NCBI GenBank assembly: GCA_963805975.1
Contig: CAWDVR010000002.1
Coordinates: forward strand, 576,001 to 640,000
Origin: an uncultured Acidobacteriota bacterium
GTDB taxonomy: Bacteria; Acidobacteriota; Thermoanaerobaculia; Multivoradales; SZUA-115
Length of the DNA stretch: 64,000 nt
Reading direction: 5' to 3'
Shown piece by piece: positions 24,726 to 32,692 of the stretch. The notes below the pieces were generated by a model. The model worked only from the letters and a program-made list of their open reading frames with translations. It was not told the DNA's origin and made no database searches. Each line of letters starts with the position of its first letter. The first letter of the stretch is position 1. The position numbers and the translations under genes were made by a program.

Positions 24726-24767
24726 GTAGCCGGAAAGCCCCTCGATAAGGGGCTTTCGCGGTACTAC
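24726..24767. terminator. Long hairpin between the secreted-protein gene and the C25 gene
   Basis: GTAG-CCG-GAAAGCCCCT-cgata-AGGGGCTTTC-g-CGG-ta-CTAC. Confidence 0.5.
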
Positions 24768-24878
24768 AAACTGAGCTAAGATGTGCCGGTACAAGCGCAT
24801 GACGCCCCTGGTTCTAATTGTATTTTTGTATTATGGTTAATAATAATTGATAAGTCAATGGCGAGTCGGGAAGGATCT

Positions 24879-27800
24879 ATGAGCAAGAGGCGGTTTCCAG
24901 CGATCCTCCGGCAAACCCTTTCCGTGCCTTGTCTCGCCCTCCTGGCCGCCGCGGCGACGCTGGTCCTGCTGAGCCCTGCCTGGCGCGCGCGGGCGGCGAG
25001 CACCGGCACTGCCGCGCTCTACATGCCGCAGGCGGAGGACTCGGCGACCGGCAACGGTGACTTCATCTCCTCGACCGGCGGCCTCGAGACCTTCTACTCC
25101 TATTTCGTCGAGGTGCCGTCGGGCTTGGCGCGGCTGGTGGTCGAGATCTTCGACGCCGACGTGGGCGTGGGCGGTGCCGCCGAGCAGAACGCACAGCGCG
25201 ACCGGGCCCGGGCCGGCTTCGACAGCACGATCACCTACTCGCTGCGCAACCCCCTGGGCAATCTCCAGGCCCTGGAGATCGGCGACTCGATCACCGATCA
25301 ACCCGGTGGCGCCGACGGTGCCTGGCTGTCGCTGCTGGACACCAACTTCCCCGCCTTCGCCGGCCTCGCCTCGGACACCGATCCCGGCAACGTGACCACG
25401 CTCACCGTCGCACGGCCCGCCGACACGCAGGCCAACGACCTGCTGATCTTCGTCCTCGCCAAGGACGGCAACGGAGCCATCGACACCCCCACCGGTGGGG
25501 GTACCTGGACGCTGATCAACGAAGGAGCCTGCACGGGCGGTGGTGGCCCCTGCCGACTGGGCGTATGGCGGCGCATCGCGGGCGGCTCCGAGCCGGCCAA
25601 CTACACGGTGACCTGGACGGGCGGGGACGAAGCGGTGGGCTACATCCTCCGCTACACGGGCGTCGACACGGTGACCCCGATCGACGCGAGCGGCGTCGCG
25701 ACCGGAGCCTCGATCGCGCCGACCGCGCCGACCGTCAACACCACCGTCGCCAACACCCGGGTGCTGCGCATCTACGTCGCGGACGAGGACGTCTCGGTGC
25801 CGGCCGACGACAACCCCTATCCGGCAGGGTTGCGCGGGCGCATCAACCTCGCGAGCAGTGCCACGGACGCCGACGCCGCCACCAGCGGCGCCGCCGAGAC
25901 CCTGCAGGCCACGGCGGGCGCCTCCGGCGGGACGAGCTTCGAGCTCGAGGAGAGCGAGCAGTGGCGTGCCGTCACCGTCGCCATCCGTCCCAATACCGGC
26001 AACGCCGCCAACGGGCACTGGGAGCTGCGCGTCGAGCCCGGGCCGGGGGACGATCTGCTGGCGACGGGCATCCGCGCCCACGATGGCACTTCCGGTGCCG
26101 GCGGCACCGAGCTCAACGTCTACTACGACTCGCACAACCAGTTCGGAGTGAACCCCAACACCGCCGGCAACATCGACCTCACCAAGGAGTACGACGTCTT
26201 CACCTACGTCACCTCCGGCTGCACCTTCAGCCACAACGACTTCGACTACGACAGCGACCAGGCAAACAACGTCGGCCTGGTGCGCTATACCAGCCGCAGC
26301 GGCAGCTTCAATCAGGTCATCGACAACAACTCCCTGGCCGTGGACAACGTCTGGCAGCGGGACACCATCCCCCGCTGGACCACCGACGGCCGGTCGACCG
26401 ACTACGGCATCTGGCTCACCGACGTGCAGATCCGCACCTACCAGGACGGGGCCTCCGGCAACTACACCAACGTCTACGTGGGCAATTTCAACGTCGGCGC
26501 CAACCCGCCCTCGCAGCCGATGACGAACGCCTTCCGCATCTATCTGCCCACCGACACCAGCCCCACCACGGCGCCGGTCAAGCCCTATCTGGAGCAGCTC
26601 CTCACCTACGTCTCCGGACCCAATCCGCCGCTGGTGAACCAGCAGACCATCGTCTCGGTGACCGTGCGCCTGGTGAACCCCACGGCCCAGTCGATCAACT
26701 TCTCGTCACCCAGCAATCTCGTGATCGCCAACGTGCCCGGCTTCGGCGCCCTCTACGGCGGTAGCGCCACCGTGTCCCAGGGCACCTTCACCCAGCCGGC
26801 GGTGGGCGGGACCGGCAACGTGACCTGGGACCCCGGCACGGTGACCGCAGGCAGCACGGAGCTCTTGAACTACCGCGTCCGCGTGACGCCCACCGTGGCG
26901 GGCCAGCGTGTGGTGGTGACCGGCACTCCGGCGTCGAACGGCACCCGCGCCGCCTTCGTCGACCAGACCGGCAACACCACCCAGGCGCGCGCCACCTTCG
27001 CCCTGGGGCCGATCTGCGAGCTGGCGGCCACGCAGGGCGTGATCACCCACGCCCTCCTCGAGCGCTTCGCCGGCTACGCCGAGGGCGGCCGGCGCGTGCT
27101 GCTGTGGGAGACGAGCTCCGAGATCGGCACGCTCGGCTTCGAGGTCTACCGCCAGGACCCGGCGAGCGGCACCTACCGGCAGCTCGGGCGTCTGCTGCCG
27201 GCGCTCGAGTCGGCGCCCAACGGCGGGCGCTACCGTTTCGTGGACGAGGAGGCCGGGGCCCGCGATCGGTCCACCTACCTGCTGGTGGAGATCGATCATC
27301 AGGGCGGCCGGCGGACCTTCGGGCCGTACACGGTCGACGGCGCGAGCGATGTCCGCCGCGAGGACCTGGCGGCGCTCGAGGACAGCTTCACTGCCGAGCC
27401 CCGCCCGGCCTCACCGCGCCTGGCTGCCCGGCTCGCCCAACACGCCTCCGAGAGACACGCCGCCGAGCTCGAGTCGAGCGCCACCGCAAAGGCCGCCGGC
27501 CTCGCCACGGCGGTCAAGATCGGCGTCGCCACGACCGGCTTCCACTCCGTGACCGCGGCCGAGGTCGCCTCTGCCCTGGGCGTGCCCGAGAGTGCCGTGC
27601 GCCAGTGGATCGCCGAAGGCCGGGTGCGGCTCACTCTCGACAGCCGGCAGGTCGCCTGGGTCGCCGCGCCCGCCTACGCCGGCCTCTCCTTCTACGGCCG
27701 TGCGCCCGAGAGCCTGTTCAGCCGCGAGAACGTCTATCGCCTGGAGAACAAGGACGGCCTGCAGATGGGCGCCGTGGATCTCGCGCCGCGCTCGCTCGGC

Positions 27801-29621
27801 GCGCCGCACGCGACCCCTGCGACCTTCTACGCGCGGCTGCACCTCGAGCAGGACCGCCTCGCCGCCACCGTGCTGCCGCTCGATCCGGCCTCCGACTACT
27901 GGTTCTGGGAGGGCATCCTCGCCGGCCACCCGACGCTCGGCAGCAAGAGCTTCCAGTTGACCGTGCCCGCCGCGCGTGCCACCGCCGCCGCCACCACCCT
28001 CACCGTCCATCTCCAGGGCGGCACCGACTTGGGGCTCGCCGGCGAGCACCAGGCGACGGTGCGGGTCAACGGCGTCGAGGTCGGCTCGACCGCCTGGCAG
28101 GGGATCACCGCGCACGCGGTCTCGTTCTCCTTCCCTTCGAGCCTGGTCGCCGACGGCCCGAACCTGGTCGAGATCACGGGCACGCTGCCGGCCGGGGTCG
28201 AGAGCAGCGCCTTCTACGTCGACTCCTTCGATCTCGAGTACCCGCGCGCCTACCTGGCGGCAGACGATGCTCTGCTCGCCACCGGCGACGGCCGCCCGGC
28301 GGTGATGGTCGACGGGTTCTCCAGCAGCTCCATCCTGGTGCTCGACCTCTCGCAGCCGAATCGTCCGCGGATCGGCAAGGGCGTGAGGGTCTACGGCGGC
28401 GGCGGTGCGTTCAGCGTCAATTTCCGCGCCGTCACGCCCTCCACTCCGTACTTCGCGATCGCGGCCGGCGGAGCGCTGCGGCCGGCGTCGATCTGCGGCG
28501 ACGTGCCGTCGCGCCTCAGCGCCGCGAGCAACCGGGCCGACTACGTGGTGATCGCGCCCGCGGAGCTGCTGGCGGCCGCCGCGGATCTCGCCGAGCACCG
28601 TGCCTCGCAGGGCCATCAGACCCTGGTGGTCGATCTCGCAGACGTCTACGACGAGTTCAGCCACGGCCAGCCCAACCCCGCCGCGGTGCGCGACTTCCTG
28701 GCGTATGCCTACGGCCAGTGGGCGACCCCGCCGCGCTATGTCCTGCTCGCCGGGGACGGCAGCTTCGACTACCGCGACCTCCTGGGCCTGGGCGGCAACC
28801 TGGTGCCGCCGCTCATGGTCTCCACCCCGCACGGCCTGTTCTCCTCCGACAGCCGCTACGGCGACGTGACCGGCAGCGACGGCGTGCCCGAGATCGCGGT
28901 CGGCCGCGTACCGGCCCTGACCGCGGCGGAGCTCTCCGCCTACGCCGCCAAGATCGTGGCCTACGAGGCCGGCGGCTCGCTCTCCTCGCGGGTGGCCCTG
29001 GTGGCGGACAACGCGGACCAGGCGGCGGACTTCGGCGCCCAGAGCCGCGCTCTCGCCTCGACCTTCGAGCAGATTTTCGCCGCCGACGAGCTGTTCCTGG
29101 GACCGCTCACCGTGACGGCGCTCCGCGAACGGTTGTTCGCCGACCTCGAGGCCGGCACCGGCCTGGTGAGCTTCATCGGCCACGGCGGTCCGCTGGGTCT
29201 CGCCGACGAGCAGCTCCTGGCGCCCGCCGACGTTCCCAATCTGGCGAACGGCAGCCGGCTCTTCACTCTCACCGGCCTGACCTGTGCCCTGAATCGCTTC
29301 GAGCTGCCCGGGGTCTCCGGCCTCGGCGAGGAGCTGCTGACCGTGGCCGACGGCGGCGCCGCGGCGGTGTGGGCGCCGTCGGGTCTGTCGCGGCACTCGG
29401 AGGCCCTGCTCCTGGGCGAGGCGTTCTACCGGGCCGTGGCGGCGAGCGACGGGCCGGTGCTCGGCGACGCGGTGCGTGCCGCGTTCGCCGCCTACGCCGC
29501 GCTCGGCACGCCGAGCGAGCTCTCGGCGACCTACAACCTGATGGGAGACCCGGCGGTCCGCTTGCAGCTCGAGCGCCGGAGCGCGCCGTCCGGCCCGCCT
29601 GCCGGCGGCTCCGACGAATGA
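24879..29621 (+). CDS. ~1580-aa secreted protein with C-terminal C25 (gingipain-like) cysteine peptidase domain
   Basis: SD GAAGGA and signal peptide MSKRRF…ARA. Thr/Asn/Gly-rich beta domains, LLWETSSEIGTLGF module, then NRADYVVIAP, YVLLAGD, PEIAVGRVP, FIGHGG, LTCALN, YNLMGDP. Confidence 0.85.
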   Translation: MSKRRFPAILRQTLSVPCLALLAAAATLVLLSPAWRARAASTGTAALYMPQAEDSATGNGDFISSTGGLETFYSYFVEVPSGLARLVVEIFDADVGVGGAAEQNAQRDRARAGFDSTITYSLRNPLGNLQALEIGDSITDQPGGADGAWLSLLDTNFPAFAGLASDTDPGNVTTLTVARPADTQANDLLIFVLAKDGNGAIDTPTGGGTWTLINEGACTGGGGPCRLGVWRRIAGGSEPANYTVTWTGGDEAVGYILRYTGVDTVTPIDASGVATGASIAPTAPTVNTTVANTRVLRIYVADEDVSVPADDNPYPAGLRGRINLASSATDADAATSGAAETLQATAGASGGTSFELEESEQWRAVTVAIRPNTGNAANGHWELRVEPGPGDDLLATGIRAHDGTSGAGGTELNVYYDSHNQFGVNPNTAGNIDLTKEYDVFTYVTSGCTFSHNDFDYDSDQANNVGLVRYTSRSGSFNQVIDNNSLAVDNVWQRDTIPRWTTDGRSTDYGIWLTDVQIRTYQDGASGNYTNVYVGNFNVGANPPSQPMTNAFRIYLPTDTSPTTAPVKPYLEQLLTYVSGPNPPLVNQQTIVSVTVRLVNPTAQSINFSSPSNLVIANVPGFGALYGGSATVSQGTFTQPAVGGTGNVTWDPGTVTAGSTELLNYRVRVTPTVAGQRVVVTGTPASNGTRAAFVDQTGNTTQARATFALGPICELAATQGVITHALLERFAGYAEGGRRVLLWETSSEIGTLGFEVYRQDPASGTYRQLGRLLPALESAPNGGRYRFVDEEAGARDRSTYLLVEIDHQGGRRTFGPYTVDGASDVRREDLAALEDSFTAEPRPASPRLAARLAQHASERHAAELESSATAKAAGLATAVKIGVATTGFHSVTAAEVASALGVPESAVRQWIAEGRVRLTLDSRQVAWVAAPAYAGLSFYGRAPESLFSRENVYRLENKDGLQMGAVDLAPRSLGAPHATPATFYARLHLEQDRLAATVLPLDPASDYWFWEGILAGHPTLGSKSFQLTVPAARATAAATTLTVHLQGGTDLGLAGEHQATVRVNGVEVGSTAWQGITAHAVSFSFPSSLVADGPNLVEITGTLPAGVESSAFYVDSFDLEYPRAYLAADDALLATGDGRPAVMVDGFSSSSILVLDLSQPNRPRIGKGVRVYGGGGAFSVNFRAVTPSTPYFAIAAGGALRPASICGDVPSRLSAASNRADYVVIAPAELLAAAADLAEHRASQGHQTLVVDLADVYDEFSHGQPNPAAVRDFLAYAYGQWATPPRYVLLAGDGSFDYRDLLGLGGNLVPPLMVSTPHGLFSSDSRYGDVTGSDGVPEIAVGRVPALTAAELSAYAAKIVAYEAGGSLSSRVALVADNADQAADFGAQSRALASTFEQIFAADELFLGPLTVTALRERLFADLEAGTGLVSFIGHGGPLGLADEQLLAPADVPNLANGSRLFTLTGLTCALNRFELPGVSGLGEELLTVADGGAAAVWAPSGLSRHSEALLLGEAFYRAVAASDGPVLGDAVRAAFAAYAALGTPSELSATYNLMGDPAVRLQLERRSAPSGPPAGGSDE

Positions 29622-29653
29622 GCATCTCACTGCCCCGAGGACCGAGGATCGCC

Positions 29654-29833
29654 ATGGACCAGCCGCGAGCGAAGGAAAGCGCCACCCCCGCGCAACGCCA
29701 AGGGGCGCCGCCGCGCAAGCCCTACCGGCGCCCGGAGATCACCTTCCACGAGCCGCTGGAGCTCTTCGCCGCGGTCTGCAACCCGGGCAAGGGGGACGTG
29801 GTGACCTGCAATCTGGGGCCGATCTCGTCGTAG
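29654..29833 (+). CDS. Putative RiPP precursor peptide, 59 aa
   Basis: GAGGA SD then ATG. Translates MDQPRAKESATPAQRQGAPPRKPYRRPEITFHEPLELFAAVCNPGKGDVVTCNLGPISS, with a YxxPxI RRE-binding-type motif; lies next to PqqD/rSAM genes. Hidden at the 3' end of shadow ORF 27104..29833. Confidence 0.8.
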   Translation: MDQPRAKESATPAQRQGAPPRKPYRRPEITFHEPLELFAAVCNPGKGDVVTCNLGPISS

Positions 29834-29949
29834 GGGCCAGCCAGTTCCCCATCCGGATCACGGCCGGTACGAGCCCGGCCGCTACACCCGGAAAATCCTG
29901 TAGCGCCTCTGGACGTAGCGGCCGGACCTGTGCCGGCCGTCGCCGGCCG

Positions 29950-31014
29950 TCAATCCACGATCGGCAGGGGTGAGCGCACCAGCGCCAACCGCTGGCGGGC
30001 GCCGGCGTAGAGGGCGTCCGGGCGGCCCGTCTCCGCCACCGCGAGGCCGGGGCAGAACGCCATCTTGCGGCCATCCGGGCCGAGGCTCGAGACCAGGCTC
30101 CGCGCCGCCTGGGTGCCGGCGCGCACCTCGGCGAGAGCCCGGGCGCCGGCAGCTCCCAGCCAGAGGTCGCGGACCGAGCTCTGGTGGAGGTTGCCCACCG
30201 GCCGGCGCCACTGCACGCAGGGGTAGACATTGCCGAAAGGGTCGATGGCGAGCGCGGACGAGCCGGCGCCGCAGTGCTTGGTCGGCGATGCGAGGGCGGG
30301 GACCTGATCTCCCTCGCGTGCCGCCGCGAGCTGCGCCGGCCTGGTGACCGAGCGCTCCACCTGGAGGTCGAACAGGCGGCGGATCGCCTCCGGCGACGCG
30401 GTGATGGCGAGCGGCTCGCGGTCGCCGTCGTCCCTGGGGGTGACCTCGGGATCGAACTGGAGCGGCACCCCGAGGCGGTCGGCCAGGGCGAACATCCCCT
30501 CCATCTCGTCTTCGTTCCAGCGTGTCAGCGTGCTGTTGAGCTTGATCCGCAGGCCGAGCGCCAGGCACTCCTCGAGGTTGCCCGAGAGCCTCTCGAAGCT
30601 GCCCGCGACCCGCGTCTGGCGGTCGTGAGTGTCGGCACAGGCACCGTGCAGGCTCACCTCGACCAGAAAGGGATCGATCTCCTCCCGGACACGCCGCGCG
30701 ATCGCGCCGCGCAGAGCGTGGCCGTTCGACTTGATGCGCACCACGAAGCCGAGCTCGCGGGCACGGGCGCCGATGGCGAAGAAGTGCGGGTGCGCGAGCG
30801 GCTCGCCGCCGGTCAGGATCAGGTGCAGGGTCTCGAGGCCGGCGAGGTCGGCCAGGAGCTGCTCGTACTGGGCGAGCGAGAGCGGGCTTCCGGCGAGCTT
30901 CAGGTCGTTGTAGCAGAAGTAGCAGTCGAGGTTGCAGCGGTAGGTGAGCTCCACCAGCACGGAGAAGAGGAGATTCTCGCTCCAGGTGCGGCCCACCAGC
31001 TCACCGTAGCTCAC
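29950..31014 (-). CDS. Radical SAM enzyme with SPASM/twitch-type C-terminal Cys motifs
   Basis: ELTYRCNLDCYFC (CxxxCxxC), LTGGEP, HCGAG…IDPFGNVYPC, FCPG. Confidence 0.92.
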   Translation of the reverse strand: MSYGELVGRTWSENLLFSVLVELTYRCNLDCYFCYNDLKLAGSPLSLAQYEQLLADLAGLETLHLILTGGEPLAHPHFFAIGARARELGFVVRIKSNGHALRGAIARRVREEIDPFLVEVSLHGACADTHDRQTRVAGSFERLSGNLEECLALGLRIKLNSTLTRWNEDEMEGMFALADRLGVPLQFDPEVTPRDDGDREPLAITASPEAIRRLFDLQVERSVTRPAQLAAAREGDQVPALASPTKHCGAGSSALAIDPFGNVYPCVQWRRPVGNLHQSSVRDLWLGAAGARALAEVRAGTQAARSLVSSLGPDGRKMAFCPGLAVAETGRPDALYAGARQRLALVRSPLPIVD

Positions 31015-31307
31015 GGCACGCGCTCTGCGGCAGCCACCGGCACCACCACCCCTACCTCCACCAGCCGCGCGAGGAAGGCGGTGACGTCGCTCTCGAGCTC
31101 GCTCTCCGAGGCCTCGAACTCCGAGGAGAGATGCGACACGAGGCCGCCCACGTTGGTCTCGCCGTCGAGCAGCGCCAGCACGCGGCCTCCCACCTCGTTC
31201 AAGCCCAACACCTCGGCACGGGTCTGGGAGACGACCACCGCGCCGTCACCCACGACGCGAAAACGCACATCTTTCGCTCGAACGAAAACGCTATTGATCG
31301 TGATCAC
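31011..31307 (-). CDS. PqqD-family RiPP recognition element (RRE), 98 aa
   Basis: GTG at 31307 (GTGA overlap). FRVVGDGAVV…LNEVGGRVLALLDG…LSSEFEA…LESDVTAFLARL. Confidence 0.9.
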   Translation of the reverse strand: MITINSVFVRAKDVRFRVVGDGAVVVSQTRAEVLGLNEVGGRVLALLDGETNVGGLVSHLSSEFEASESELESDVTAFLARLVEVGVVVPVAAAERVP

Positions 31308-32230
31308 AGAGAGAGAATACTCCAGAAAGCCGGATCTTTTCGAAAGCCGAGAGCCGCGGCCGGTGTGTGGCGCACAATCGCCTCCAGGTTCGCCGCCAGG
31401 CGGTCCCCGCGAAAGGGATCGCCGTTGACGAACGGCGAGCAGGCGAGGAGTGCGGCCACGGCCGCCGACGGCCCGAGCGGTGCCAGCCGATGCTCGGGCC
31501 CTTGCTCCAGGCGCAGCAGGCGAGCCAGGGGAAAAGCACCGGGCCGGGCCGCGGCGCGACCGAAGTCGCCGGCGAAGGGAAGCTGGTAGACGGCGGCGCC
31601 CTCGTCCTCCGGCAGCACGGCATTCATGTCGTCGGAGAGCACCGCCCGCCCGCTCTCCACGGAGAGCCGCGCCACGGTCGTCTTGCCGGCGTCGGAGGCG
31701 CCGAAGAACACGCTGGCGCGACCGCCGTCCAGGGCCGCGCTGCTGTGGAGCAGCACGCCGCCCAGCTCCAGCAAGCGGTAGGCGGCGAGCACACGGAAGT
31801 AGTTCTCGAAGGCGCCGAGGAAGGCTTCGCCCTCTTCGAGGCAAGTCCAGAGAGCGCCGCAGAGCGCCGGCCGCCATTCGAGAGCGCCCACCAGCGAGAG
31901 GCCGGCGAAGCGCACCAGAGCCGCTTCGTACTCGAGGTCGAGCGCGTAGTGCCAGCCCTGGACGTCCACGGCGCGGAAGTCCTCCGCCGGCAGGAGGAAG
32001 AGGCGGCTCTCGACCACGGCCGGGCGCAGCTCCGGTGCCAGGAAGGAGGCGAACCGCTCGCCGAGCGCCGTCTGCTGCACCACGCTCAGGCCCTGGAAGC
32101 GATACGGCCCACCGGCGAAGTCGATCCGGATCTCGCAGGAGCCGAAGCTCTCTCCCGAGCGCCGCCGGGGCGCGAGGTCCGGCGCCACGAGAAACCGCTC
32201 GCCGAAGCTCGAGCCGCTCCGGTCGCTCAC
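31304..32230 (-). CDS. HPr kinase-like P-loop protein (ScmC / lasso-peptide kinase-like)
   Basis: GTG at 32230 (GTGA overlap). GGVLLHSSA…FFGASDAGKTT…VLSDD…PFAG. Confidence 0.8.
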   Translation of the reverse strand: MSDRSGSSFGERFLVAPDLAPRRRSGESFGSCEIRIDFAGGPYRFQGLSVVQQTALGERFASFLAPELRPAVVESRLFLLPAEDFRAVDVQGWHYALDLEYEAALVRFAGLSLVGALEWRPALCGALWTCLEEGEAFLGAFENYFRVLAAYRLLELGGVLLHSSAALDGGRASVFFGASDAGKTTVARLSVESGRAVLSDDMNAVLPEDEGAAVYQLPFAGDFGRAAARPGAFPLARLLRLEQGPEHRLAPLGPSAAVAALLACSPFVNGDPFRGDRLAANLEAIVRHTPAAALGFRKDPAFWSILSL

Positions 32231-32655
32231 CGCCGCAGCCACCCTCGGGCCCGCGCCACGGTGAACGAAAGCAAACGGCGGCAGGCGTGCCGGCGGACGC
32301 TCCACGGCACGGACGTGAGGCCCCGGGCCTGCCCTTCGACCGCCATGACGCGCCCGAGCACGGCGGAGAGCGGCACCGGGCTGTCCGGCTCGGGTGCGGC
32401 GTCCCCCTGGGTGACGGCGAGAAGCCTTCCCCGCCAGGCGTAGAAGCCCAGCAGGCGATGCACCAGCCGGGTGCCTTCCGGTGACACCAGGGCCACCACG
32501 TCGCCAGGCCAGTAGATCCGCCGGCGGACGATCGCCACCCGCTCGCCGTCCGCGAGCAGAGGGCGCATCGAGCCGCCGCGCACGCGGCACTCGAGCGGCG
32601 CCTCGGCGGCCAGCTCGCCGAGCGCGGCGCTCACCTCGCGGGAGCCTGGAACCAT
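32227..32655 (-). CDS. S24/S26-family peptidase without a TM anchor
   Basis: VRGGSMRP (Ser), GDVV, LVHR (His), TQGD; first gene of the coupled operon; TATACT 8 nt upstream. Confidence 0.8.
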   Translation of the reverse strand: MVPGSREVSAALGELAAEAPLECRVRGGSMRPLLADGERVAIVRRRIYWPGDVVALVSPEGTRLVHRLLGFYAWRGRLLAVTQGDAAPEPDSPVPLSAVLGRVMAVEGQARGLTSVPWSVRRHACRRLLSFTVARARGWLRR

Positions 32656-32692
32656 GATCGCCGAGTATACGGCCGGGTGAGGGCTCCCTTCC

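Noticed and set aside
24726-24767. c-di-GMP riboswitch upstream of the C25 gene
   Set aside because: It is a single hairpin without the recognisable two-stem GEMM consensus.
29654-32655. Classical lasso peptide or PQQ biosynthesis
   Set aside because: There is no asparagine-synthetase-like cyclase or B2 protease, no pqqB/pqqC, and no ExxxY core in the peptide.
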